DNA of 64,000 nucleotides from Eledone cirrhosa (taxonomy: Eukaryota). This document shows positions 24,901 through 40,249 of this stretch, piece after piece (position 1 is the stretch's first letter; the number at the start of each line of letters is the position of its first letter). Made by a program: the position numbers and the translations under genes. The notes beneath the pieces are model-generated. The model had not been told where the DNA came from. It ran no database searches and saw only the letters and a program-made list of their open reading frames with translations. The DNA lies in contig OZ024762.1 in assembly GCA_964016885.1 (NCBI GenBank), positions 5,952,001-6,016,000 of the forward strand. Direction: 5' to 3'.

Positions 24901-26611
24901 TAAGCTGTAACATCATACGACTAGGGTCCCTATCATTAACCCCCCTTGAGATACAACCAAATAGGAGACCAATTAAATCTACACAGGTTTGAGCTGTAAC
25001 AATATATGATTGGGAGCCCTATCATTAAAACACCCAAGAAACCCCCTGTGAGGTACAATCACATAGGTCAATTAAACCTACATAGGTGTGAACTGTAACA
25101 ATATATGGCTGGAGTCCCTATTCTTAAAATACCAAAGAAACCCCCTCTGAGGTACAACTCTACACAGGGGCTAAACTTTTTTTTCTTTCTAGTTTTCACT
25201 CCTGTATTTCAAATTTACAAAGTACCAGCTTTCCCCACTTCTCGCAACATATCTCACAATCTTTCATATAAGGTGGAAATTTCAAGAAAAAGCAAATGAA
25301 AAGAGAAATAAAACAAAGAGACAACTAAAAAGGAAATATTTTATCGAACGAAAGAGGATTTCAAGGTAAGATTTCAGACAAACTAAATGGGTAAATATTT
25401 GTTTAAATAAAAAGTAAGAGAATTTGTCTCATTTTTCTTTTTCTCTTAATGGACTGAACAGCATGAATCTGCATTAACAAGACATTCTTGAAAAGTACAA
25501 AACAATGACTGCCTGGTTTCACATTAAAAATTAAAGTCTTTTGTCTAATACTGCAAACTTTCATAATGATTCATCCAGTAGTGAAGGTATTATAACATTT
25601 GAATTAAAACTTGTTTTATAGATATTTTTTGCTAAATCATTACAGGGTGTTAAAAGATAATACTGCAAGTTCTTATAATGATCTGTCCACTAGTAAAGTT
25701 ACTATAAAATAAACATTTGAATTAACAAACCAGTTTTTAGATATTTTCTGCTAAATCATTGCAGGAGGTTAAGAGATAATACTGCAAATTCTTATAATGA
25801 TCTGTCCACTAGTAAAGATACTATAAACATTTTCTGCTAAATTATTGCAGGATGTTAAGAGTTAAAAGTCTTGGAAACCAAAAGAAAGAAACGTTGAAAA
25901 TACAAACTGGTTAGCAGAAAAAAAATCCTCAATATTATTAACATGGTATGAATAATTATATATAGAAAGTGACCTCATAATGGAGGAGACACAAACATAA
26001 TACAACCCTGTTATAGGGGAAAAACATTACAAAAATTTAGAAGTTATGTATGTTTCACTGACAGCAATCTTACCATTGAAAAAAAGATTGTTAAATTCCA
26101 TTACAGAATTGCTGGGGGTTTAACACCGCAATTGACTGGCATCATGTCCAGAGGGAAGTCTTGACTGTCAGTTGCTTCATGCCATGGAACCGAGATAATC
26201 ACCAGCTTCATGAGCCTCCAGGGCTCAAGACAGACTTTAGACTTTTAGACATAACAGAAACAAGGTGTACAAAAGTGTTTTAATGCCATCTTTCTAGCTA
26301 AAGCAGGGGTTAAGACTTGCTGGCCCCCATCACAAGCTTTTCCACTTTGCTCTATTGACTGCAAAATCCCTCACCAACACCCCACCTAGCTTTCCTTCCC
26401 CATCATCCCTAGTGTATCTAGTTGAAAATAACTAGACTGTGTCTCTCTCTATTGTAAGAGGTGTTGGCACCAGGAAAAGGCATCCAACCATAAAAGATTG
26501 CCTCAAAACACAACCTTATGATGGAGTCTAACAACATAGAGAAGAAAGTGGGGAAGGGTACATATGGAAGAAATCGACCCGTATTAAAGAAACAACTTGC
26601 AACTTTATAAC

Positions 26612-26617
26612 TTTATT
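26612..26617 (-). other. Candidate polyadenylation signal (AATAAA) for TRIP12
   Basis: tttatt on +, at the end of an ~860-bp stretch after the stop that lacks recognisable transposons. Confidence 0.4.
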
Positions 26618-27472
26618 AATTCAATACAAACATATCAAGCACAAACAGCATGGCTACAACTTGTTAGCCAAATTTTATTTTATTTCATTGTTTGTTTGTT
26701 TTTAGTTTATTTTTTTTGTTTTGTTTTGTTTAGACATCTAGTCCCGGGAGGGGAGTGGGAGATAAAGGTTGGGTTAGGGGTTGGGGGCACAAACGCCACT
26801 CATGTCAATATTTTACAAATGTCAATATATTCACCTCACACATTAGCTGTGAGGTGAATCATAAGGATGAATATATTAGATGCATAGTGGCAACTGGTCA
26901 AAAAAATCGTAGTCTATACACTCTTTTTGTTGGCAAATACTTTGCAGATAATTTGTACCAGTTATCTCTGTCATGAACATTTGCACTCTCCCTCACAAAG
27001 CATATAAGGCGAAATTTTCTCTCTTTTTCTAGATAAATGTTTAAAATAAGTTTAGGAATGGTTCTTTTTTTATATATCACCATCTAACACTCACCAGTCA
27101 TTTACCAGAATTACTGAAAAGATTTTTAAAAAAATTGTTTCTTTCAACCTGGTAGATGTCCTTGGAATGACAAACTGCCAGCAAGATGGCTGCTCTTTCC
27201 TTTCTTCACTATATATATATTTATTTTTTCATTTTTTGTTGTATGTTTTGATTTTGTTGTTTTTGTCTTTTTTTTAAATTATTTTTGTGGGAGTTTTTTT
27301 TTTCTTGTTTCTTTGTCAGTGCAAACTGCTGTTGGGTTATTTAATCATCATCATCATCATCACCATCTAGAACGTCCATCATCGGGAACGTAAATGGTGG
27401 CGCTGTACTTGTACTGTTTTTTTTTTAAAAAGTAATTTTTGTTTGTTTGTTTTGTTTGTTTGTTTGTTTGTT

Positions 27473-27669
27473 TTAAGATAGATGGAATGAAAGCTGTCCT
27501 TCCTGTGAAGCAAGGTTCAGCTTGTCTCTCATCACTTCCACTGAAGAGTAGTCCGGAAGTTTTAAATAATTCACACAGGTCATCACAGATGGAAGGGAGT
27601 TATCAGGGTTTTCAGAATTAGAGAATGTCTTTCGTACAATAGTCAGAGGTGGGTTTAAACTACGGAAAC
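27473..27669 (-). CDS. TRIP12: E3 ubiquitin ligase TRIP12, last exon (HECT C-lobe, catalytic Cys)
   Basis: [14 protein letters not shown]...[18 protein letters not shown]...EGQLSFHLS*. Confidence 0.95.
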
Positions 27670-29111
27670 CTGAAATAATAATAATAACAATGATATAATA
27701 AAAGCAATTAAAAAGTACAACATACATCATGATGTAACAAAATTTGACAGCAATGGAATGATTAAGTTTATTATATTCTGAAAGTATTGGATACAATCGT
27801 TATATAAGCTTGAATAAGAATGGAATAGAAGTTTAGAGAGTTACTACCCCTGTCGACAACAAAGGTGTCGACCTATGTGTGTAAGGTCAGCTGTATGATG
27901 TCTGTGTGTGATGTGCAAGCTGGGGAGAAATGAAAACGGCATGCTTCAATGGATATGCAATGTAAATGTCCATGTAGATGTATATAAATGAAGTGCTAAA
28001 ATATTTTTGCTTTGGAGGTGAAATTTGTTTTTATGTTTTAAATGAATATGGCCTTCGAAACAGTTGGAAATTTGGTAAAAAATCATTACATAATGGAGTT
28101 GTAAAACAAAAACTATAGTCAAAACAACACTTAAAATATTTTAAATATAAAAATATTCTCCACTCAAGAATTTAAAAGCCACACCATCTAAACATTGTGT
28201 GTTGATTAGCTGCCTCAGTTTATATATAGGGTTTGGATTTTTGCCCATTTCTCAGGCATAAAATAATTTATATTTAAGTATATATGGTAACTAACTTATA
28301 TTAGTACCAGTAGACCAGTGCCATCAATAATAACGACAATAGTGATTAATATATTTTATTTTCGGAATCCAGGCTTACCAGACTGGGAAATTTGGGTTTT
28401 GATAAATTTATGGTCTTTGAATATAATTTACATAATCGTTCAGCATGTATGTACAGATGTCATACAGGATTAAATGTATGAGTAACTTTGGAGAAATAAC
28501 TATTTACAGGGGTAAAAATGTAGTGGAAAGTGAACTTCTTATTGTAGTAAGATGACTGAGATAAGAAATGTATTATGTGAATGTAAATTGTAAAGAGTTA
28601 CACATATATATAAGAGTAAAGACCCTCTTCAGTCACAAATGACCATAGGATTTGCATCTAGAAAATTCCCCTCCGAGGAACAAGTCTCGGCAAGGTTGTT
28701 TGTGGAAGACCGGCAGTCACCCACTTATACCAGTCTTCCTTCTCCATGCCACTGATGTTGTCCAAGGGAAAGGCAAGGGTTGATACAGCTTGACATCACA
28801 ACTCTTTTCTACAGCTGAGTAAACTGGAACAAGGTGAAATAAATTGTCTTGCTCAAGGACACAACGCATTGCCCAGTCCGAGAATTGACCTCACAACCTC
28901 CTGTTTGCAAGCCCAATACTCGAACCTCTAAGCCATGTGGCTTCACAAGAGAGAGAGAGAGACAAACTCACATGATTTATTATTGTGGTTAATTATTATT
29001 ACGATTGCGTTAGATGTTAAATGATGATGATGATGCATATATAAATTTTTGTTTTAACAAATATTTGGTTTCTTCACCAAACTTTATCAAAGCTATGTTT
29101 GTGGATTATAG

Positions 29112-29243
<132 letters not shown>

Positions 29244-29760
29244 ATATACATTATACACAGACACACACCTATACATGCATATATGTATGTATGCATATAT
29301 ATACATATAAATACATGCGTATATATATCTATATATATAAAGTTGTAGTTCCTGTTTGTTTGTTCACAAACTCCTCCTATGGTTTTGGAGATAGACCCCC
29401 ATAACCATATATATTCTGAAACTACATTGCCCAGGGTACTTCAATAAGTATATTTCATTTTAATCAACGAGTTCCCCGGGGGCACAAAAATTTTCCCCTT
29501 CGATTTATATGAAATTTAAACCATTTGCAAGGGTGGGACTGGAACTGATTCTGGCTCGATTTCTACAGCTGGATGCCCTTCCTAACACCAACCTCATTTA
29601 CAGTGTGGGCTGGGTTCTTTTTTTTTGCCGTGGCACCTACACGCCCACTTTGCAGTGGAATGATAGGGACCCCAGTCCCTATCATCTCATTTCTACAGCT
29701 GAGTAAACTGGAGCAATATATATATTACACACACAATCTACAGATAATAAAACAACTTAC

Positions 29761-29959
29761 CACCAACTGGAAGTCTTGGAGAGCCAGTAACAAACTGTAA
29801 GAAACGGCGTTGGTCTTCTCCAAGGTAGGAACTTAATATTTCAAACAAGTATTTGACAGCTTTGCTATCATGAGTATAACCATGATCAGGACGGCAACAT
29901 TCCATCAACATCTTTACTTCCCATACTTCACTTCGGCAGCCACAAAACAGTTGTTCCAG
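29761..29959 (-). CDS. TRIP12: TRIP12 exon (HECT)
   Basis: LEQLFCG...[14 protein letters not shown]...[14 protein letters not shown]; AG/GT boundaries. Confidence 0.95.
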
Positions 29960-32900
29960 CTGAAATAACACACAACAAAACAACTAATTATTTAGCATTG
30001 TACAGAAATGGGGTTTGCTGCTGTTGTTACAGACCACACTTTCTATGAGGCTGCATCTCATTCTTTGGTTGTTTTAATGACAGAGGGCCCCAATCCTATT
30101 GTGTTGTTACAGCTCACAACTATACATGTTTAGTTGACCTCATACAAGGCTGCATTTCATAGGTTTTTTGGGGCACTTTAAGGAAAAGGACTCCAATCCT
30201 ATCATGCTTGTACAGCTCACACCTTTGCAGGTTTCCCTGGCCTCTTACTAGGTTACATTTTATAAGGGTTCCAGTAGCTAGATATCTTATGTATATTTGG
30301 CTGGTTTCATTCAAGGTAATAGGCTCTATCTCATAAATGGTTTCTCAAGTGTTTGCATGATAGAACTGGGGCTCATTAAAAGTAGCGTCTTGAGCAAGAT
30401 GAACAAGAACAGTACAGAACGCCTGGTCCAGGAATTGAACACACAATAGGATGTTCACCTTATGATCATAACAAACACCTTCAGCTCACACCAATGCCAG
30501 TTTCGCTGGCCTCCTATGAAGTTTGAATGTTTTATTAATAGAACCCCCAATCCTGACAATACACTAGCCCGTTGCAGCAACCCCTTTTTAAACACTATAT
30601 ACTTGAATATACGCCACTCTGAATATAAATCACTCCCACCCTCTATTTTATGTCTGAGAAATAGGTGAATATCTAAACCCCATTTATAAACTGAGGCAGT
30701 TAATCAACACATTGTTTAGATGATGTATATAAGTCGTCTTCCCATTTTACCATCGATTGTGTGGTCACATATTCTTCAACTTATATTCAAGTATATATGG
30801 TAGTTCTCAGAGTGATTCAGCACAAGACAATGTGTGATGAGGCTGGTCTCGAGCAACACAAAATGAAGTAGCTTACTCAAGACTACAACGAGCCAACTGG
30901 TTTCCGGAATTGAACCCACAACTTTACGATCATTAGTTCAACATGCTAACCCCTAAGCCATGCATGTTCAACAAAGCAGGAGAGGAAAGAAAGTTATACT
31001 TTCTCTGCCCCCCAGTTCATGACTGTGATAATTCTAGTGTATGAAGGAAACAAATCCTGTTTTGTTGTAACTATATCTCTGATGGTTCAATTCTCTGCTC
31101 CAATCAGGATGTTCCATTATACCACACAAAAATCAATAACAAAAATAATAGCAATAAGAATATAGAGATCAATACAATTGGCTTCACTGTACACCGAATC
31201 TACAATAGATACAACAGGAACATTTGTATACTTTCTAAAATATATACATTTGTGTCTGTGTGTGGCTGTAGGTACATACAGATATACATACGTCAGTGTG
31301 TGTGTGTGTGTGTGTATTTATATATTTATATATATATATACACACACACATGTATACATACATATATATATATATATACATACACACATACAGTGATTGG
31401 TTTAACAGGAAATATGGAAAGTGTCTGAGGTCAAATATAAGTGTTATATCTGGCTTGGATTCGAGGTTGTCAGTGTTTTCTTTATGGGTTAGGGCAAGCA
31501 GTGGCCTCATTTAATGAATAGCTGTAGTTTAAATATATTTACATATACACACACCTACGAATAATGTTTACGTCAATATTTTACTTTTTGTTTACAGGTA
31601 AACCAAAACTCAATGAAAAAAAACAAACAAAAAGGCATTACAAATTCACTGAAGTTATTTTTAATAAGTGTAAATTTAGTTCCCTTACAAAATATAGTCT
31701 AAACATTTGAATTAATATTTCCAATACAAGTAGGTCTGTATTTTATTTGCAGTTAAACCAATTTATAGTTAAGTCATTAAACTTTGTTTAAAAAAAGAGG
31801 CCCACAATAATTAAGCCATTAAATTTTGGTAAAAAAAGACTGTTATAATTAAGTCAATAAACTTCGTTGAAAACCACAATAATTGAGTCATTTGAATTCG
31901 TTAAAAACCACAATAATTAATTAGACTTTGTTAAAAACCTGTTGTATTTGTTGTTGCTATGGTACACACCCACAGATTGTTTATTCATAGGCTCCATCAA
32001 TATTTAACGCTTTCACCCCCTTTTTTATGTAAAAACTTTTAAGCTAACAACTTAATAATGAAAAAGTTAAGCTATATAACTAAATTAACTCAAATATTTT
32101 ATTATTTTCAAAATAAATTGAAACACTAATCTGTGATGGCTAAAGGAACCATATGGCTAGAGGGACAGCAAGATGGCCATAAATTGTACAATGTTAGATT
32201 TGTTATATGAATGTTATGATCTAGCAACACAGCTGTTACATATATTTATGTTCTATAGCCTACAGATAGTGAGTCAGCTGCTTTTATTACCCAATATTTC
32301 ATTGAAAGCCATTGCTGTACTTTTAAATACTAACATCTCCTGGCTGACTAATTTATTGAGGCCTATAAATATAACAAGGCAATTCATAATACTCTGACAT
32401 TATATATCTTTACCTATGTATTGAAACATGTTACACACTTCTCACCCCCCGCCCCCCTCTCTCTCTCTCATTAAACTGACATCAAATGTCTCACTTGCAG
32501 GTTTGTTTAGCTGACATGCAAGTATATTATACAAAATCTAACAGATCTTGTTGAAATACAAGGATGGAAAAGTAATTATATACTACACATGTAAACAAAT
32601 GTTTTGTTTTTTTTACACAAGGTTTGTTTGTAGTCAACAATCTTAGCCTATCAGATACCAAACTACCTAAAACCACCCCAGATTCTACAATACAAAACTG
32701 TTTGTTTTAAGCTCTTTATATTTATATAGAAAACTTCCATTATAATTTTGTGAGAGCTTTACTTTGTATGTTTTGTTTGTTAGTATATTGGCTTGACCCT
32801 TCTGATACTAAACTGACTGACACCACTTCTCAACCAACACAATCTGTAAGTAACAACCACAGCTACTTCACCAAGTAGGAATTAACCACACCTACTTCCT

Positions 32901-33409
32901 TACTAATGTAACCCCCAAGTAGGAATTAACCACAGCTACTTCCTAACTAATATAACTCCCAAGTAGGAATTAACCACAGCTACTTTCTAACTAATATAAC
33001 CACCAAGTAGGAATTAACCACACCCACTTCATCATCATCATCACCGTTTTATGCCTGTTCTTCCACGCTAGCATGGGTTAGACGGATTGTCCTGTTGTGG
33101 GCAGTGTCCGGTCGGCTGACCTTGTCTTGCTCATACGGGAACTGATTCTGGCTTCATTTCTTCAGCTGGATGCCTTTCCTAACACCAACCTCATTTACAG
33201 GGAGTGCTGGGTGCTTTTTTTCCGTGGCGCCTACACGTCCACTTTACAGTGTGGGCTGGGTGCTTTTTTGCCGTGGCACCTCCACGACTACTTTGCAGTG
33301 AGAGGGTGTGGGGCATATTGTCTATATGCTTCAGCTTGTACCCGTGGGATGTCGGGTCTTCTGTATTACTGCACGACAGTAGAACTTGTATAGTTCTACC
33401 ATAGATTCA

Positions 33410-34860
33410 GCTATAAGTGCGAGGTCATCTGCATACAGGAGTTCCCAACTCCTGTTATTGCCTGCAAAACTATGATGAACAGGAGAGGGCTAAAACAGAG
33501 CCCTGGTGGACACCGACCTATATGCTAAATTCCTCGCTATAGTCATTACTAGTCTTAACTTTGCTGACTGCTCCCCTATACATGGCTTGTACAGCTTTCA
33601 CAAGCCATTCATCTACTCCTAGTTTTCTAAGAGCCCACCAGACTATAGCACGGGGAACTCTGTCAAAGGCTTTCTTGAGATCGATGAATGCCAGGTAGAG
33701 TGGCTTACTTTTAGCTAGGTACTTTTCCTGTAACTGCCTCACAAGGAAGAGGGCATCAGTGGTGCCTCTTCCTGGCACAAACCCAAATTGCATCTCATCT
33801 AGTTTCACCCAGTCCCTAATCAACTGTGCTATAACTCTTTCTGTTACTTTCATGACCTGATCCATCAGCTTTATACCTATATAGTTTCTTTATCAAGTTA
33901 TTTTTAGGAACTCCCAGTGCTCTTCTACATTGAATGTCTATCCGTTCTTCTTTAGTGTCATAGGCGTCGAATAAAATATCTTTAAATCTGTTACTTTCAG
34001 CTTCCAGATCTTTCTTCTCCAGGTTCGTCTAGTTCTGACCGTGAGGTCGCTGACAACTAAGTTATGTTGGGAGGTACATTCCTCACTAGGGAAGGTTTTT
34101 GTGTTTACGACTGTCCATCTGTCACGTCCTCTGATGAAGATAAAATCTATCTGACTAGAATGCTCCCCTGGTCTATAGGTGATCAGGTGGTTGTCGGGTT
34201 TTTTGAAGTTTGTGTTACATATCGACGTCATTGGCATCGCAGAATTCTAGAAGCCTTCTTCATTTCTTGTGCCAACCCCGTGGCCTCCATGGACTCTATA
34301 GAAGCCATCACAGTATTTACCTACGTGTCCGTTAAAATCTCCTGCAATGATTAGGAAGTCATTGTCGTTTGTTAGAGCAGTAGTGTGCATTAGGGACTCG
34401 TAAAACCTGTCCTTAAGTTCGTTTGGCAACCCCGATTGGGGTGCGTAAGCTGATATTATTGTGGTAATTGTTTTATTCAGGACTAGTCTAAGTTTAATGA
34501 TTCTTGCATTCACCCTGTGCACTGTGATTATCTTATCTACCCATTTGTCAGCTAGTAGGATACCTACACCACCCATCCCATTGTCATTTCCCACCTAGAA
34601 AAATTTGTAGCACTGACTTTTGCCTATAAGGACTCTAGCAGACTCTCCTCTCCATCTAGTCTTTTGCACACAGCATACATCAATTTCCTTTCGCTCTAGC
34701 ATCTCTACAATTTCTCCTGCTTTTCCTTTCATTGTGCTTACATTGATGGTTCCAACTTGGAGTTTTGGGCATTTGTCAACATTCGTGGGAAAGGGTAAAT
34801 TTTTGCGGGGGTGTGTGTATGCTTCCTGTCTCTGAATTGCGAGATAGGTAGCCATCATGG
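33410..34860 (-). mobile_element. Decayed RTE LINE (APE endonuclease and RT fragments)
   Basis: VGTINV, ISAYAPQ, AGDFNGHVG, QIDFI; QFGFVPGRGTTDA, FIDLKKAFDRV, ELLYADDL. Confidence 0.85.
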
Positions 34861-35529
34861 CCTATAGCATCTCAGGAGATTTGGGCGAAATAAACCGATA
34901 TGAGTACCTATATTAGACAAGGCGAAATGTTAGGATTTCGAAAGGAAAAGATGACTTTGTAGAGACAGTCATACTGGCCAGCATGGGAAAAACAAGGGTA
35001 AAGAATAAATGTGTTGTGAAGGCCAGCGAAATAATACAACAACAACAATAATAATAATAATAATAGTGCAAGCGGAACATTTGCAATTGGGAAAGAGGGG
35101 GATACCTGGAAGATATATATGGATGGCTGGTACATAGTTTTTAGCAGTTTGTTCTAGTGATTCATTTTAGCCTTTCAGAATCAAGTGTCTTATCTCGTGA
35201 AAAACCTCAAGTAGGAATGAACCACACCTACTTCCTAACTAATATAACCACTAAGTAGGAATGAACCACTCCCAGATCTGACCACTGAACTTCACCAAAA
35301 TACCCATCTCAATGAGCTTCTCACAATCAGTACATATATCCCTGAATGTTGTCAAGAAGTGACCCAAAAGGTTGGTGTAAAGAAGGGCATCTGGCTATAA
35401 AATGTTGCCTCAAAAGATCTTGTCCGATCCAAGTCGATGTAAAAACAATGATGTGAAGAAATTTCATCTCAGAATATGAAATGCTACATGTATTATCAAT
35501 TAAAGGTTTAGCAAAAAGCCATAACTCAC

Positions 35530-35643
35530 CTCTTCAGGATAGAAACTTTGTAAGGTTGACAGGGGAAACACTGATTCAAAGCCCTCTTTAAAAGCTTCAA
35601 ATTGTCTCGATACACCTTCAACAAGATTCCAATGGACAACAAG
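35530..35643 (-). CDS. TRIP12: TRIP12 exon (HECT)
   Basis: [38 protein letters not shown]. Confidence 0.93.
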
Positions 35644-36313
35644 CTAGAGGATGAGAGAGAAAAATAAAAACATCAAATCGTTTCAGCCATGGCTGTCACA
35701 TCTATTTAAGGGTTGTGTGATTGTGGTAGAGTTCACAGTCACTTGACCACTGATCATGTGATGGTTTAGGAAAAAACAAAATGAAATTTATAGCTTACAC
35801 CTGTACAGGTTTAGCTGACTTCATATGATATTGCTTCTCGTAGGTTTTCTGTGTGTTTTAATGATAGGGACCCCAGTCCTACCACATTACAGTTCACACC
35901 CATGTAGGTTTAACTGACCTCCTACATGGTTGCATCTCATAGGAGGTTTTTTTTGTGTGTGTTAATAAAAAGGGGCTCAGCTCTATATAACATAATATAT
36001 ATATATACACTACTAAAACTGTGATTGTGTGCTTGTCTGTAATGTAATACAACCAAAACAGCACATAATGGGAATACAAATGGAATAAAACAAGTTTTGC
36101 ATAAATTGGAGCACAGGTTCCCAAGATATGGGGTTTTTCCGAGTACCTTCATAAATAGCCAACAGCTCCGTGATAACCAATCAGATCACTAGCACACTTA
36201 CCAATGGGTTTCATTTCTGAAAAGCCTTAGTGTAGTCAAGTTAAAGGCTGGCAGGAAGAGGTCCTTCTTAGGTAACAACTAGACCACCTGTGACTTGTTG
36301 GGTCACGGGTGGT

Positions 36314-36369
<56 letters not shown>

Positions 36370-36837
36370 ACATCATTTCATTTTACGTCTGCTTTTCCCT
36401 GCTTGCAAGGGTGGGACGGGAACTGATTCTGGAGCAATGTGAAATAAAGTGTCTTGCTCAAGGAAACAACATCACCCGGTCTGAGAATTGAACTCACAAC
36501 CTTTCGATTGCAAGGCCAATGCTCTAACCACTAAGCCATGTGCCTCCATATATATATATGTTGTCGTTACAGCTAAACCTATATTGGTTTAGCTAGTCTC
36601 CCCACCATCCCGGAACGTCATCACCCAGAGTTTCTCATTCATACACATCACATGTCCAAACCAGCACATTCATCTCTCTTGCATACTGCAACTGATTTTT
36701 CATATACCCATATTTTTTCTCAGTTCATCCACGCTCCAGTGTTCATGACACACACATACATGTGTGTGTAAGACATTAAGACTTAAATAGACAAAACCGA
36801 AGTATGAAAAAAAAAAGAAAAAGAAGCAGATTATTAC

Positions 36838-37002
36838 CTGTAAATATTCCTCTAAGTTGTCTAATGTTACAGGAATGTCCTTACCACCCTTTTTTAATTC
36901 AATATTTACATGACCTGGAAGGGTAAAATCTAAATCCAAATCCTCAATTGTACAGCCATCCATTGTCAAACTGTCGAGAGCCAACTGACGAGATTCTTCA
37001 GT
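36838..37002 (-). CDS. TRIP12: TRIP12 exon (HECT)
   Basis: [19 protein letters not shown]...[21 protein letters not shown]. Confidence 0.93.
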
Positions 37003-37512
37003 CTGAAATCAAATATTTCATATGTCAAATGAAAAACACGACCAATGATTTTCAAATATATTTTTAAATAATCAAGATTTTGGAGCAATTTAATAACTAA
37101 CATTCTCATTATTAAATTGGTGTTTGGAACAAAGGATCTTACATAAAATTATGATGGAAGGTTTTTGTTAATATATTTCTAATGAAAGAAACTCTGTAAT
37201 TTTCAAATCATTTTGAAAATAATCAGGAATTTGGAATATAAAGGATCTTACATAAAATTATGATGGAAGGTTTTTAGATAAATATAAACACTAACTCCAA
37301 ATCCTCAATGTACACATGTTAATTAATTTCACCTGCTCATAAAAGTTAAATTTAACTAAAATAAAAAAAACAAAACAAAAAAATAGTCCTAACTTGAAAA
37401 GCAATGAGAAATGAAGCTGCCCAGTCCAGGAAGTGAAGCCACAACCTTATGATCAGAAGTCCAAACACCCTAACCACTAGGTTAATGGCTTAACTTTTCA
37501 CAAAATACTTAC

Positions 37513-37677
37513 ATGAGATTGGTCTGATTCTATTCTTTTTTTCTGCCTGAGAATATCTTCAAGTTCATAAAAAGATCTCGCAACAACAGGATCAATATAT
37601 CGAATGTCTTTGGAAGTAAGGCTATGCTCTTGGCCTAAGATCCACTTGAAAAAAACCAGACTTATTGGCACATCAAT
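37513..37677 (-). CDS. TRIP12: TRIP12 exon (HECT)
   Basis: [17 protein letters not shown]...IDPVVARS...[12 protein letters not shown]. Confidence 0.92.
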
Positions 37678-39361
37678 CTAGAAAAAGAAAAAAGAAAAGT
37701 TTTTAAATGATTGATTTTGAAATAATATTCATGGTAGTGTTGGTGCCATGATAAAATGCACCCAGTCAATACTGTAAAGTGGTAGTGCTCTTGTCATAAA
37801 ACACACCCAGTCAACACTGTAAAGTGGTAGCACTCATCCCATGATAAAATGAACCCAGTACATTTTAGGAAGGGATCCAGACGTAAAAACCATGTCAGAA
37901 TGGAATGTATGAGTGAGATACAGTCATTTGACTTGTCTATCTTTGGAAAGTGACAACCCATCTAATCCCTGCAAACATGGAAAATAGACATAAAACTGAT
38001 GATGATTGCTGTTTCAACATATGAAATTAAAGGAAAGGGTTAATGAAAAACTTCAGACGAACATTAACCACACTTTTCTAGAAGGGTCTACAAGGGTAAT
38101 TATATAATGGTTTCTGATTTAGGCACAAGGCTAAAAATGGGGGGAAGGGGAGGGGGATTTAAATCGATCCAGTGCGTTACTGGTACATTATTTTATCGTC
38201 CTCGTAGGGATGAAAAGCAAAGTTAACTTTGGCAGGATTTGAACTCAACATAAAGGGACGTAACTATGCCACAAAGTATGTTGCCTGACACACTACCGAT
38301 TACTGCCACTCAACTGCATTAAGTGTAATAGATAATACAATTTCTTTTTTCTGATTTACCCTTTTGTGATTATATTTCTAATGATATACACTAATTTCAA
38401 AATATTACTAAGGAGTTTTGAGGGATTTCCTAATAAACATTTATTTTATTGTTTTAATAAGAGAGTAACTTAACACCTGGTTCTTATGTAAAAGTGTTGG
38501 AGATTAGAATTAAAATCTTTATTTTAGCCAAATCAATAAGATCCCAAGTGAGGTAGAACTTGTCAGATTGAACCATGAAAACAATGTTTCCATTGGTCTT
38601 TCCAAGTGTTGATACCATCTATCGATCTCAACTCTAGGCAAAAGGAGCAACATAAAATAAAGCTTCTTGCTCAAGGACACAACGCATTGTTTGGCCTGGG
38701 AATTAAACTCGCGTCATGATTGTGAATCTAACTCCCTAACCACTAAGAATCCTTTAAAATATTTGGTTTTGTTTTCATAGAATCAGAGCTGGTTTTGGCT
38801 ATGTTGTTACCAAAATGCTTAAATGTGTAGAGGGAACTAAATTTATGATGGTGTCGGGTCGTTCCCGAGTACTACTGGTGACATGTAACCCAGTACAACC
38901 TGTCACATAGTCAGGTTGTCAGCATCTAAACTGGCAACCCCACCAAGCTTGCTTGGTGAGGAGAGTGACTGGACACCCTGCGGGATGAAAAAGATCTGAC
39001 AAAGGTTGGAGGAACTTAAGAGTCAGCAGCCATCCAATAGTGTGTCCATATGTATATATATCGTGTACATAAACTGCTTATAGTAAGCAGTAGTTCATGC
39101 AGGGAGCATCAGTTTAATTGGATAACCCTGGCATCATGGACAGAGTAGCTTCATAGATGATCAAATATTAATTCAACAATGGGTTGGACTGCTCCAGTTA
39201 GCGGAGAAATCTATGAGTATACAGGTGTGGTGAGCCACATATATTCTAGCCATTATAAAAAGCAAAATAAAGATGCTTCACCTTCAAAAGAGGGATGATT
39301 CAAGAAGATAGAAGAAATTTATATTAGAGAAATACAGAAGCAACTCTGATAAAGGACTCAC

Positions 39362-39516
39362 CATTCTTGAATCCATCAATGCTTTAGCTAAGAACTTCCC
39401 AAAAAATTTAAATTTGGCCCTGATTTTGTTGACAGCAGCTGCTTTGGTGTTACGAGCAAGAGGAGTAGGAAACAAACCACAGGGAGCTGTTACATACTCA
39501 ACATCACTTCCTGAAC
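39362..39516 (-). CDS. TRIP12: TRIP12 exon (HECT)
   Basis: GLFPTPL...KFKFFGKFLAKALMDSRM. Confidence 0.92.
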
Positions 39517-39866
39517 CTGTTTAAAAAAAAAAATTATAAATAAAAATATGAACACGAAGTTAATCCTTCCATCAGGCACATAGATCTATAAGAGAAAAGT
39601 GATTGTTAGATTGGACCAAGGAAACTGTTCCCTTTGGTCTTTTAATTGATCCTGTCTGTTAGTCACAACACCTGACAGAAGAAAGGAAAGGAGCTGATTG
39701 TCAGATAGGACTAAGGAAACAATTTTCATTGTTGATACTGTCTGTCAATCCCAACACATGACAAAAGAAAGGTGCTGATTGTGTATTTGTGAAGCAAACC
39801 CCTTACCCATATGGCCATGCCTGCACCTGGAGAAAAAAGATATTTAAAAAAATATTTTTAACTTAC

Positions 39867-39981
39867 CAGAGAAATCCATCTGTTTAATAACATCACCTCG
39901 CCACATATCCAGATCGGCTCTTTGTACTTCTTTTGAAATTAATGCATAGAATTCTAATGTGGGTCCCAACCCCGTACCAAC
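39867..39981 (-). CDS. TRIP12: TRIP12 exon (HECT)
   Basis: [29 protein letters not shown]. Confidence 0.93.
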
Positions 39982-40150
39982 CTAGACAGAAAGAAAACAA
40001 AGAGTAGGTGTAAACAAAAGCTCAGTAGTTTTTGACCTTCAATGAAAAGAAAGTTGTTTGCAAGGAAAAAGTTTTGATCTTCAACGAAAAGGAAGAGAAA
40101 CTGGGTTGTTTGCAAGGAAAAAGTTAAATACCACAAAATATTTTTATTAC

Positions 40151-40249
40151 TTCGTTCTCATATTGGATTTCCAGTAGTCCTTTTGTGGAAGCCAGCTCAT
40201 CCATGAGTTTCTCCGCTTGTTTTAATATATCCACTCGACTCACTGTACG
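40151..40249 (-). CDS. TRIP12: TRIP12 exon
   Basis: [13 protein letters not shown]...LLEIQYENE. Confidence 0.92.
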